DNA of 64,000 nucleotides from Octopus vulgaris (lineage: Eukaryota): the NCBI GenBank assembly GCA_951406725.2, contig OX597822.1:76074001-76138000 (forward strand). The letters are read 5' to 3'. This document shows, piece by piece, positions 52,452 through 64,000 of this stretch. Position 1 is the stretch's first letter. Every line of letters starts with the position of its first letter. The position numbers and the translations under genes are program-made. A model generated the notes under the pieces. That model saw only the letters and a list, made by a program, of their open reading frames with translations. It searched no databases and was not told the DNA's origin.

Positions 52452-53350
52452 ATGTGGGCCGTCCTTATTCTGAGGACTTCATTGCCCCGGTCCGCTCCCT
52501 TCACGAAGGCATGGTGGGTAGGGTATGCCATCAAAATGCCCTCACAAACCCGTTTCCCATAACTGAAGGTCTTAAGCAAGGATGTGTCCTGGCACCAACC
52601 TGTTTCTCTTTGTACACGGCTGCATGTTCAACGAAATCCCACTGGACTTACCTTCCATCAACATGCGCTATCACTTGGATGGCAGACTCTTTGATCTCGC
52701 ACGTCTCCGTGCAAAGACGAGCACCTCTGACATCGCAGTCTGTGAGATGCATTATGCCAACGACAATACCACCCCGAGCCGGACCGTAGATGGCCTACAA
52801 AGGACGGCCGATCTTTACAATGCGGCTTATAAATGCTTCGGGAAGCAGGTAAACATATTAAAGACCAAGACTCTGATTAAACCTGCACCAGGCCAGAACA
52901 GTCTATCTACGACCATTAGCATTAACGGCCAACTCCTAGAAGTTGAACACTTCTCATACCCCCACATGTGAAAAGGACTTGGAAAACCAAATCAGGGCGG
53001 CCCATTCCGCCCTCGGTAGACTCAGCCAACGTGTATTCTTCAATCACGCACTGACCATCCGCACAAAGATCATGGTCTTTCGTGCTATTTTCCAGCCGAC
53101 TTTTCTCTACGCTTGTGAGACTTTGACGCTGTACCACCGTAACTTCAAGCGCCTTGAATGCTTCCAGCAATCCAAGCTACGACAGATTCTCAATATTTGA
53201 TGGGAAAATCACATTACCAACGATGAGGCTCTTTGCTCGCCACGCCTCATTACCAAACGTCGAAGCCACCATTATTCGCCATCGTCTCCGCTGGGAAGGT
53301 CACCACCAGCGTATGGAGCCCTCTCATCTCCCGAGAATCATGATCTACAG
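52452..53350 (+). mobile_element. RTE-clade (BovB-like) LINE reverse transcriptase fragment, frameshifted
   Basis: SLHEGMVGRV...PFPITEGLKQGCVLAPTCFSLY; YHLDGRLFDLARLRAKT..EMHYAND; TKIMVFRAIFQPTFLYACET; RLRWEGH. Confidence 0.9.
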
Positions 53351-53352
53351 AC

Positions 53353-53510
53353 TAAAGCCTTGTAAGTGGATTTGGTAGACGGAAACTGAAAAGAAGCCCG
53401 TCGTATATATATATATATTTATGTGTGTGTGTATGTGTGTGTTTGCGCGCGCGTCTATGTGTTTGTGTGTCTGTGTTTGTCACCCCAACATGCGGTGCTC
53501 CAGCATGGCC
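53353..53510 (+). mobile_element. SINE family A fragment
   Basis: aaagccttgtaagtggatttggtagacggaaactga...gcggtgctccagcatggcc. Confidence 0.8.
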
Positions 53511-53513
53511 CCA

Positions 53514-53820
53514 AGAAAAATTATTTTAATGCTAATATGCTGAGAACAGACTTTAAATCGTCAATTTCCACATTATAATATACATTCACTATAAGTATTT
53601 CCTTTATTTCTTATCGTATTTTCTACTGAAGAGGGAAATATCCACAGAATTAATCGTGAAATTGATTCAATATAGAAACAACGAACTTTTAAAAAAAATT
53701 TGTTACCTCGCTTTCCTCTCTTACAGCACGACGTGTATTTATAGTGAATGTATATTATAAATGTGGAAATTGACGATTTAAAGTCTGTTCTCAGCATATT
53801 GGCATTGAAATAATTTTTCT
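53514..53820 (+). mobile_element. Fold-back element (~80 bp arms) with a hammerhead motif in the spacer
   Basis: Arms 53514-53594 / 53739-53820; tttcta-CTGAAGA-(25 nt)-GAAA-ttgattcaa-TA-tagaaa (53620-53678). Confidence 0.8.
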
Positions 53821-53875
53821 ATTGCCCTTGTTTATAATTTTAACCTTTATAGATGCGTAATAAAGTCAATAGACA

Positions 53876-54117
53876 ACATAAAAATAGTGTACTTATTTAT
53901 ACACAAAAGAGGTAACCTTTAACAGGACACCTTACATGCTGAAGAGGGCAGTTAAAGTCCAAACCATTAATAAAAGTAATTTCAATGGGAATTTAGTTTT
54001 GAATCCTTTTGAAATTACTTTCAGTCATGGTTTGGGCTTTAACTACCTTCTCTAGCATGTAAAGTGTCCTGTTTAAGGTCACCTCTTTTGTGTATAAATA
54101 CGTACACTGTTTTATGT
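53876..54117. mobile_element. Fold-back element, relative of 2143-2460, with a hammerhead-like motif
   Basis: ~115 bp inverted arms; catg-CTGAAGA-gggc-agttaaa-gtcc-AAAC-cat at ~53935-53967. Confidence 0.75.
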
Positions 54118-54499
54118 AATATCTATATGTATAATTTCTTAAATACATATCTGTACAGAAATCCGTTTTCGTCTATATCGAATTCTAGAGACGGCCACAT
54201 CGATAGCTTTTAGTATTACGTTTTCTTAATGACATCCAATTTCCTTATTTTGTTTCATTATTAGTTAACCTCTCACTCAAATACGTAGTGTTATTTTCGT
54301 AATAACCAGCTTACCAAAAGTAATATTAGTTTCATAAAATAATTTTATTTTTACCTTTTTTTTTTTTTGCTTTACTATTCTGGTTTTGCATTATATTTTG
54401 TATTCATTTTTAAGTAATTCAATGCTTAGCCCCGTCTTTACCTGCAATTTAATAACATTTTTCATATAAGAAAATATTTGGAAACATTAATATTTTTAT

Positions 54500-54563
54500 C
54501 ATCATACATGTATACACACACACATGCATACATAAATTCATATACACATACATACATATACTC

Positions 54564-54594
<31 letters not shown>

Positions 54595-54980
54595 CACGTA
54601 TGTACCTACGCGCACACACACAGACATACATAAATGCACGTAGATATAGATATATAGTAAAAATATGCGAAACTTTGTGCGTGTTTGTGTGCATATGGGC
54701 GTACGTGTATATGTTCCTATATGTTCGTTTGCAATATATATATAAATATGTGTGTGTATTTATATATATGTACGCATATATAATTATATACGTATATGTA
54801 TGTATATATGTATATATATTTATATATATGTATATATATATATATATGTAAAAATATATATGTTTATATATATATGCATATATGTATGTATATATGTATT
54901 TCTATATACATATATATATGTATGTATGTATATATATATACATATATATGTATATAGATATGTATATATGTATATAGATA

Positions 54981-55025
<45 letters not shown>

Positions 55026-55192
55026 GCATATATATATATGTATATATGTATATATATATGCATATATATATATGTATATGGTTATATATATGTATTTTTA
55101 TATGTGTATGTATTTATATATGTGTATGTATGTTTTTATGTATGTGTATGTATATACGTATATGTGTATGCATATATGTGTCTGTATATATG

Positions 55193-55270
<78 letters not shown>
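54500..55270. repeat. (TA)n/(TATG)n microsatellite
   Basis: Direct reading. Confidence 0.93.
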
Positions 55271-55273
<3 letters not shown>

Positions 55274-56156
55274 TCATGTGTCTGTTTGTAGTCTTATAGT
55301 GTGTCTTCCAATATATTTTCAGCAAATGACTCCTTTTGAAAAGCAAGCATCTTGATGCGACATAAATATCTATTAATAAACGTTCCGCGTCTGCATTAAA
55401 CGCCTACGAAAAGAACTATGAGGTTTGACTACGTGCCTCGTGCATATTTCCAACTGATATTTACACTCACCGCTCAGTCCACCAACATTCTGTATGAGTA
55501 GCTTATTTACAGAACGCCTACTAAAGTTTAAATATTTCATGACTAACATGTGGTGTCCCCTGGCGGACAGCGAACAACTAACGAAAGAGAGATAATCATT
55601 TCTTCATAATATTTGGCAGGAGAGAAATGTATTTCAAAGAAATTATGACGGATATTCAACCAGAAATACATGACAATGACTGTCGTTTTATCTCCAGACG
55701 ATAAGCGTCTCCGACGATAAACGTCTGTCTGTCTCTCTGTCTTTCTCTCTCTCGCTCTCTTTGTATATATTAATTGATGCTGATATAAATTTGTTTGCAC
55801 TTCAGTATATTCAAACATTGATTCAAAAAGACAGTCAAGTTATTTATCGAGACACTGGTAGTACAAAATATATAGAAAGTAGAATGGTTATGAAGAACTC
55901 TTGTAATTCTTCATGTACGGTGCTCGCGTAAAATGGTTGTCAGGAAAGACTTGCTGATCTTCGTCTGTAAGTGGCCACCCATCAGTTATTCATCTGAAGT
56001 GAGCAGCTGAGCCTATACATAGCTCGCTCCTGTTCTAACCGTATCAGCCTCTCATTTCTAAGATTTATTTAAACTCTAAATCTGTTTCCAATGTCACAAG
56101 ATGTTGCTCAATTTTGTATATGCATCGTCGTATATATATATATATATATATATATA

Positions 56157-56360
56157 TACGACGGACTTCTTTCAGTTTCCATCTACCAAATTCGCTCACA
56201 AGGCGTTGGTCGGCCTGAGGCTACAGTAGAAGACACTTGTCCAGATTCGAAATTTCCCCAAGACGCCAGATGAAGGCGGGAGGGTATATCAGCCGAAACG
56301 TTGTGTTAACCACAAACAAGATGAGGACAAATATCCGTCAAATGTAAATAATGTAAATAA
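56157..56360. mobile_element. SINE A fragment (minus) joined to the 3' part of the tRNA-hammerhead element (plus)
   Basis: acgc-CAGATGA-aggcggg...cagcc-GAAAC-gttgtgtt...gatgaggacaaatatccgtcaaatgtaaataatgta matches 4865-4980. Confidence 0.8.
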
Positions 56361-56516
56361 TCTTCTTAGATATAAAACGGAAGGTTGTGAGCTGTTTTAT
56401 CTTCATTTTACCATCATCTATTGGCTGGAACAGGGGAGCTGAAAAACCGCCATGATGGAATTAACCAACATATCAGATGCATCGGATATCATTATTTCAA
56501 TGGCTCTTCTCATATA

Positions 56517-56730
56517 CAATAATCCCTCACCATATCGCGGTTCATTATTTAACCTTACGTCGATAGCTCCGTGATGTTGTTTTGCATTTATAATAAAATA
56601 AATACATACAAATTGTAAAAACGATTTTCTAAAATATACAGTACAGTACAGTACTGATTCTACTTCACGGATTTTCACTTATCGCGGGTATTTTTGGAAC
56701 GTAACATCCGCAATAGTCGAGGGGTTACTG
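56517..56730. mobile_element. Tigger/pogo-like MITE
   Basis: TA-caataatccctcaccatatcgcgg ... ccgcaatagtcgaggggttactg-TA. Confidence 0.7.
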
Positions 56731-56794
56731 TAACCATAAATGGACTGTCATTTCCAAAGGCTCTTCTGACACAACTAAATATAAAATATATAAG

Positions 56795-56985
56795 GCCACC
56801 AGTTGGCAGAATCGTTAACAAGTCGGACAAAATGCTTAGTGTTTTTTATTCCGTCTCTTTACGCTCTGAGTTCAAACCTCGCTGAAGTCAACATTTATTT
56901 TCACGCTTCCGGGGTCGATAAGGAGCGAATAAAGTAGGGATGTCAATGTAATCGACTTGTTCCTTTTCCTTAAAATTGCTGGCCC
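56795..56985 (+). mobile_element. SINE family C, diverged
   Basis: ttggcagaatcgttaacaagtcggacaaaatgctt...tctgagttcaaa...ggggtcgataa. Confidence 0.7.
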
Positions 56986-57628
56986 TGGACCGGTGAACCA
57001 TTCAGGGGAATGTTGTGAACTCGGTCACCTATAAGCCACGGCAACCGGGTAATCATATGGCTCGAGAAAATTTTTTTAAAGATTTATTTAATATCATTGA
57101 TTATGCTTATAAATATGGAGATCAAGCAACAGCAGCAACACTCACGTTTGCCTTCGGAACATGAAATAAACACGGAAAATCTGAACGAGCGTTTTGTCTT
57201 TCATAAACATATCGAAAGTAAAATGAAAGCAGATATATAAAAACAGTGAACATATGTAACGCATTCACCTGTATGAATCCTTCAGTTTAAAGAAAAAGGC
57301 TTTAAAAATCTTTCAACTTTGACATTATCCGTGTCACTACGTTCTTTTTATGAATAGATAAATATGTTTGTCAGATCTGTTCAGCTTGGTTGTGTCATTT
57401 TTATCTTTAATTTAGTCCCATTTTTTTGTGTGTTTTTATGAATCGCAAATACATGGTGTTGTTCAGATATGTTTGGTTCATGCTTATTCTAAATGCCAAG
57501 GCCGATCACGTTTTTCTTAATTCCGTTTGTGTCATAGTGCATTCTCTATTGCATATATATGTGTGTGAGAGCATGCGTGCGCATCTGTCTATGTATGTAT
57601 ATATGTACGTATGTGTTGATATATGTGT

Positions 57629-57680
<52 letters not shown>

Positions 57681-59014
57681 GAGTGGAGGGAGAGAGAGGT
57701 ATGTATAGATAGATAGGGAGAGAGAGGTAGATAGATAGATAGATTGATATCAGATATGATTTTTGTATATGGACTTTGCTTTATATTAGATCCTTGCATG
57801 TAAAATAGCTACAAATATGTATGTATGTATTTATGCATGCACATGCATGTGTGTATATGTATGCATGTTTGTGTATGTATGTATATCACATTGTTCGTTG
57901 TTTTCCTTCATTTATTCCGTTTCTTGTTTGATTTGTTTGTGAAAGGCAAAGACATGACTTTGTACGCTGGGTTTGAGTTTTTATCGTGCTTCTATCATGT
58001 GTCACAGACGAACATGCGGCCTTATTAATCTCGATACCTCCAAATGCATAGTCTTTATTTAGTCCTGTCAACAGAGCTAGGGAAAATATGGCTCCCTATA
58101 TATGGTCATGCAAAAAGAACCAATGAAAACACGACATTGGATCGTCTGCTAACGTGTGGTAATATTGCAAAAGCAGCAGAATTTGTAGCCCTTGAGCTAT
58201 ATTCAAGATTCGTATTACTGAAGAGTTCGCTTAAGTTCGCTTAAGTTCACTTGATGGCTTGCTCTATAGAATATTTCCAAAACAGGCAAAACCATTTTGG
58301 AAATATTACTCCTGGCAAATATTTCTATTGCAGAGCAAATTATGCTTGTAAATCAGTCTTAGAAAAAAACAAATACTATTACTACCCTTTTTATTTGAAC
58401 ATCAAGATGTATTAATCATATTATTTCGGATAAGAGGATGGGAAAGAGAAAAGGAAATGGGTGGGAGCCAGAGGCGCAACTAGTTTGTGACCCTGAGTCA
58501 TCTCAAAGTTTACTGCAACCCTTTTGCCAATACAGGCTTATACAACAGACCGGAAAATGCTGACACCATAAAAGCGTCACTTGGAGCTGACCGAACCCTC
58601 GATCCCTGTGCATGCTACTGGAGGAGAAGCGTCGTCGAACGCGGGAAGCTGTACGATGTGGGAGTAAGCATTGTATGATTAAACTTAGCAGCGAAGCATT
58701 GGTCAGTTGAATTGGCGCACGCATAAACAAGATGGGAACGAAGGTAGGAGCGGGTAAGTGTTGACACGAATGTTGTACTCAATAACCAAACAAGATCAGC
58801 TGAATTCAAAGAATATGAAGGAACATAGAGATATCTGTAAGATTATTGTCAGCACCACCCCAAAATAAAAGCAGGGGAGAAAAGGGGAAAGAAAATAAGT
58901 AAATATTTATAGCAGAAAATCTAAACTTAATGGAGAGAATTGATAGGCTGTAAACAACAACGATGTACAGAGGCTGAAGATACATCAGAAATAGTGATGC
59001 GTATTAAAGAGTCA

Positions 59015-59430
59015 CTGAGTGGTAAGAATTCTTTTTCCCAACCGCACAGTTACGAGTTCAGTCCTGCTGTGTGACACCTTGGCAAGTGTCTTCTACTATA
59101 GCCCTGGGCAAAGCAATGCATTGTGAGCGGATTTGGTAGGCGGAAACTGAAAAGAAGCCCGTCGTATGATTGTGTCTGCGTGTGCGTTTGTGTATGTGTG
59201 TGTCTCTGTGTTTGTCTTGCTTTTATATCCCACCATTGTTTAACAGTCGGTGTTAATTTTGCTTACGTCCCCATGACAGAGCAGTTTGACCAAAGATTCC
59301 CATAGAATAAATACTAGAATTAAAAAGTAAATTTTAAAATAAATACTGGGCTTGGTTTTCACGACTAGAATTCTTCAAGGCGGTTTTTCAGCATGACCGC
59401 CTTCCAATAACTGAAGCAAGTAAAAGATAA
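59015..59430 (+). mobile_element. SINE family A, diverged
   Basis: Matches family A consensus. Confidence 0.8.
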
Positions 59431-59851
59431 ACCAAATAATAATAATAGTAATGATAATAATAATAATAATAATAATAACAATAATAATAATAACAATAAT
59501 AATAAATCAAAAGAAATTTCTTTATTATTCTATTAACTCCTACCACTTATCTGATTTTGATCGAATATCACTTTAAAAAATCTTTTGATTCTGATAAAAA
59601 AATAAACAATTTCCTGATCTAAAAAAAATTAACACGTCTGCTTTTCATAAAAGATATAAATTAAATCGAAATTAAATATTAATTTGAAGAGATAAATTAA
59701 GATCGAAATGCATAAATGCAATTAGAATTTTATTACCAATATTATTACGATATATATATGAAATTGATTAAACACGTTTCTTCAATTGGAATATAATTAT
59801 CAATATTACTACACACACATATATATATATGCATGTATGTATGTTGATGTC

Positions 59852-59882
<31 letters not shown>

Positions 59883-60179
59883 AATAGGTTCTCTCCTTTA
59901 AAAAAGGAAATAGTGATGGCCCATTAGATACCTACCTACATATATAATGGCTATATCTGTATTTGCATATGTATACGCATATATCGGTTCATACAAATAC
60001 GTGTATGTGTATGTATACATACATAAATACACAGACACACACACATACACACAAGTATATACGTATATTGTTGTATGTGTTAATACATACGTACACATAC
60101 ATACGCATATACACACACATACCTTTTTTTATGGAGAGTAATAAAATAATGAATATGATTCTATTATCTGCTATCGCAT

Positions 60180-60483
60180 TCGTTTCCTTGCTTCAGTTAT
60201 TAGACTGTGGCCATGCTGGTGCTTTTTCAAGGGTTTTGTCGAGCAAATCGAGCCCAGTATTAATTTTTTTTAAGCCTGGCATTTATACTGTCGGTTAAAT
60301 CGTCCCGTTACGAGGACGAAAACAAACCAACGCCGTTTGTGAAGCTGGGATAAGGGACAAACACAAACGCACAGGCAAGTAGCACAAACACACACCTACC
60401 TATCTATCTATCTGTCCACAGACAGACAGAAAGACAGACAGACAGACAGATAGACAGACAGATAGATAGATATATAGCTAGAC

Positions 60484-60538
<55 letters not shown>

Positions 60539-60539
60539 C

Positions 60540-60637
<98 letters not shown>

Positions 60638-60795
60638 GCAGACAAATAGATAGATTCGGTCTACCAAATTTATTCATAGGGCATTAGTCGGCTCGGACTT
60701 ATAATAAAGGATGCTTGCCCATTTAGCTGTGCAATGGAACTGAACATGAAACCACTTGTTGCGAAGCGACTCTCTTAGCCACACAACCAAGCCTA
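60180..60795 (-). mobile_element. SINE family A with an expanded internal (GATA/GACA)n array
   Basis: Tail 60180-60400, array 60420-60655, head 60655-60795. Confidence 0.75.
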
Positions 60796-61430
60796 CGTTA
60801 ATACCCACACAATCTTTTAACATCAGAAGAAAAACGATAGAGTGGCTGGAACTTTCAAACATTTTAGTTTCTTAGGGTTTTCCTACCATAGGCCTTAGAG
60901 GCGTTTCTTCGATGAGTATTAATCGAATTGTCTTTATTTTAAAGAATTTTACTCTTTTTTTATGCTGCAAGAAACTTTTGTGTGTAGCAATTTCTGAGAA
61001 GAGCAAGGTTTAGACAGCATTTGTGGTGTTCTTTTGGCTTATGCTTCGAAGTTTGACAGAATTTTCCTCATGTAACCACATTTACGAATCCACTAATAGG
61101 CGTAGGTGTTGCTGTGTGGTAAGAGGCTTGTTTCCCTTGTGGTAGAAAAGCACCATAAGGGACCACCTTTAGCCTACACACAGGATCCCGAGTATCCTCT
61201 GCAGATAGCTGTGGAGGTCATAACGGTAGACGTGACGTTTGATTCATACACGAAATCAGATGTTCACAACAAAGACTTTCATCGTATTTAAGCCATTTTC
61301 TGTTGGTTTCGGTTTCTGTTATACTTCATGTGTGGACCCTGTTATGTGAGTGAGGTATATACTCCATTCTTCGAGTTCTTCTCCTGGTCATTGTTTTTAA
61401 GTTCGAATACATTGTCACCCGTCACATATT

Positions 61431-62349
61431 TACAAGGATCGGTGAAAAAGTTCATAGGCTGACCAAGGGGCTCTCATAGAATGCGACCAAACGAGGTTTA
61501 GTTTTCAGCATAGTTCTCCTTGCAGTCTACACACTTCTTCCATCAGTGCTGCAGTGTTTGAATCCCATTGGTGAAGAAGCGTTCATCCTATTGCTAAAAA
61601 ACTCCTCAACAGCAGATATGATTAGAAAATTACTCAAAACTAAATCTCAAAACGGGAGATATTCAGCAGCAATACTTTGGAGTAAAGATTGTTTGCCAAC
61701 ATTACACGACAGTCCTGGTTTAAGACGAATGTTGCTGTAAATTAGCCCCAGGAGACATCGTCTCCAGCTGGCTACACGGCACTCTGTGTCCTGACATTTT
61801 CGAACAAGGGAATCTGGCACCCCAACTCAGCTCAAAACGATATCTGTGTATCGCGACTTCCGGGTTATTTCCCCTTCCTCAGCACAGAATAATTCTTCTG
61901 TAAGGACACAGATCGTGTCGTATAGCCAGCTGGAGACGATGTCTCCTGGGGCAAAATTACAGCAACATTCGTCCTAAACCAGGACTAACATTTTATGTTG
62001 GCAAACAATCTTTACTCCAGCAGATGTCATCATTACTGTGATATTGGTTCCCCGCCAAGTCTATTTTCATGGCGAGGAACAGACGATAATCAGATGGGGA
62101 CCAGATCAGGAGAATGGGGAGGTCAATCAGCCAGTTAAAGCCACAGTCACGCACAGCAGCCATTGGAACCAAAGACCTGTATACTGGAGCATTGTGCTGA
62201 TGAAAGAAGACCCCTTCCATAAGTTTTACTGGCTATTTGGTCTTGATAATCTTTCATAACTGCCTCAACAAGTTGACAGAGTATACTCCTTTGATCATGT
62301 GGCATCACTCTTTCATAGTCAACCTATGAACTTTTTAGCCCACCCGCTA
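61431..62349 (-). mobile_element. Decayed mariner element interrupted by a fold-back insertion
   Basis: TIRs aaaagttcataggctgac / gtcaacctatgaacttt; GVFFHQHNAPVYRSLV...SPSDYRLFLAMK. Confidence 0.85.
61618..62017 (-). mobile_element. Fold-back element (~115 bp arms) with hammerhead in the spacer, ~60 bp tail and 8 bp TSD
   Basis: Arms 61679-61793 / 61903-62018; TSD cagcagat at 61610-61617 and 62018-62025; minus strand tctgtg-CTGAGGA-aggg-gaaataa-cccg-GAAG-tcgcga-TA-cacaga (61843-61888). Confidence 0.88.
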
Positions 62350-62714
62350 TTCGTTCATATATGATAGAACCTGATATTGATACTTATATGATAGCTAGGG
62401 ACACTCTTCATTTTTACAAGGATCTTTTTTATTCGTCGGTCAATTTTTCTTATACAAAGGAGAGAATCTATGTCGTATGTATCTAGGTCGCATTTATCGT
62501 TGTCTTCTTTCTTTTAAGCTTCAGCCATGCTGGAAACGGACTTGAAGGATTTAGTCGAACAAATCAGCCCCAATATTTATATTTTGTTAAACCTAATACG
62601 TATACTATTGGTTTTTATATTCTATATGTTGAATAGCTAGATCACGAGGTCACAAACAAACCAGCATCAGTTATGAAGTGAGGGGAGAAACACACACACA
62701 CACACCAGTAGTTG

Positions 62715-63101
62715 GAATTTATAGGAAAACAAAAAACGAAGTCAGGTGTATGACCAATAAGCAAGTGACACTCGAGAAAAATGCAAAAGTCTTTTTCGTT
62801 TCGAGCCTGCGCTCTTCAACAGAAAGGAATAAGAGAAAATAAACAGAGAGAATGAAAAAGAGACAGAATAAAAACAAATTAACAGAGAGAGAAAATGAAG
62901 GAAAGACTTCTAGGTTTCAGCGGTCCAATATATATATGCGCCATGATAGATCGCTAGCGACTAAACCTTTTTCTATTTTCTCTCCCTGTTTATTTCTATA
63001 TTCCAAGGTTCGAAACGTAAAAGACGTTCTCACTTCCCGAGCGTTAAACTAATCCATCTCTTTGTTTTACACACTCGTTTTCGTCTTTTGTAAATTCTCA
63101 C
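62715..63101. mobile_element. Inverted pair of short repeats with a CUGUUGA-type hammerhead variant
   Basis: Minus strand cttt-CTGTTGA-a-gagc-gcag-gctc-GAAAC-ga-aaaag (62791-62826); partial plus copy at 62950-63101. Confidence 0.65.
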
Positions 63102-63103
63102 TA

Positions 63104-63197
<94 letters not shown>

Positions 63198-63201
<4 letters not shown>

Positions 63202-63535
63202 AGGCGCGTGGCTCAGTAGTTAGAGCGTCGAGCTTACGATCGTGAGGTTGCGAGTTTCGAATCCCGGACCGGGCTGCTTGTTGTGTTCGTAAGCAAGACA
63301 CTTTATTTTATGTTGCTCCAGTTCACTCAGCTGTAGGCATGAGTTGCGACGTCACGAGTGCCAAGCTATATCGGCCTTTGCCTTTCCCTTGGATAACACT
63401 GGTGGTGTGGGGAGGGGAGGCCGGTATGCATGGGCGACTACTGGTCTTCTATAAACAAACTTCCCCGGACTTGTGCTTGGGAGGGTAAATTTCTAGGTGC
63501 AATACCAAGGTCAGTCATGACCGAAGGGGGTCTCA
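63198..63535 (+). mobile_element. tRNA-derived SINE family D
   Basis: gtggctcagtagttagagcg (A box), gagtttcgaatccc (B box), agcaagacactt...cactcagctgt central domain. Confidence 0.85.
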
Positions 63536-63544
63536 TATATATAT

Positions 63545-63725
63545 CGCTAGCCACTAAACCTTTTTCTATTTTCTCTCCATGGTTATTTCTGTGTTCCTTC
63601 CTGTCGAAGAGCGTAGGCTCAAAACGTAAAAGACTTTCTCACTTCCCGAGCGTTAAACTAATACATCTGTTTGTTGTTTACACACCCGTCTGCGTGGTTT
63701 TTTGTTTTTTTATAAATACTCACTA
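63545..63725 (+). mobile_element. Short repeat with hammerhead variant, plus-strand copy
   Basis: cttc-CTGTCGA-a-gagc-gtag-gctc-AAAAC-GTA-aaag (63597-63632). Confidence 0.65.
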
Positions 63726-63737
63726 TATATATATAAC

Positions 63738-64000
63738 TTAACTCAGCTCCTACAACACTATGACTGGGTGCTGAAACGACTGCTCAACCACTCAAATGTG
63801 GAAGTCATATATCTCGACTTTGCAAAGGCCTTTGATAAAGTCGATCATGGAATGCTATGTCACAAACTGCGTGATCTTGGCATAGTTGGAAAATTGGGAG
63901 AATGGCTTCATGACTTTCTGAAGGATAGAAGTCAGGTGGTAGTGGCCACTTCCACTAACACGCAAATAGTGAGCGGTGTTCCGCAGGGCACTGTTTTGGG
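63738..64000 (+). mobile_element. CR1/L2-like LINE reverse transcriptase core, 5'-truncated, runs off the window
   Basis: Open frame LTQLLQHYDW...VIYLDFAKAFDKVDHGMLCHKL...GKLGEWLHDFLKDRSQVV...SGVPQGTVLG. Confidence 0.92.

Overview
AT-rich, repeat-saturated eukaryotic DNA. The SINE families and microsatellite load point to an octopus (coleoid cephalopod) intron or intergenic region; this is inferred from repeat content only. No host protein-coding gene can be supported: nearly all listed ORFs are microsatellite artefacts or fragments of SINEs, LINEs and transposases. The window contains (i) four tRNA-derived SINE families (about 30 copies), (ii) decayed LINEs (CR1/L2-like, RTE, Dong/R4-like), (iii) decayed DNA transposons and MITEs (Tc1 DD34E, maT DD37D, mariner, hAT, Tigger-like, Helitron-like), and (iv) large micro- and minisatellites. 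The most striking unexplained structure is a set of more than ten short (about 200-450 bp), mostly sequence-unrelated elements carrying minimal type-I hammerhead-ribozyme motifs (stem I-CUGANGA-stem II-GAAA-short, often palindromic stem III-NUH). Most sit in fold-back inserts, several with an asymmetric tail of about 60 bp and some with target-site duplications. One has a tRNA-derived Pol III head, and one is a direct-repeat-bounded, retrozyme-like monomer with a canonical core. These look like a diverse population of non-autonomous Penelope-like or retrozyme-like RNA elements. Coordinates were read by eye and boundaries are approximate.
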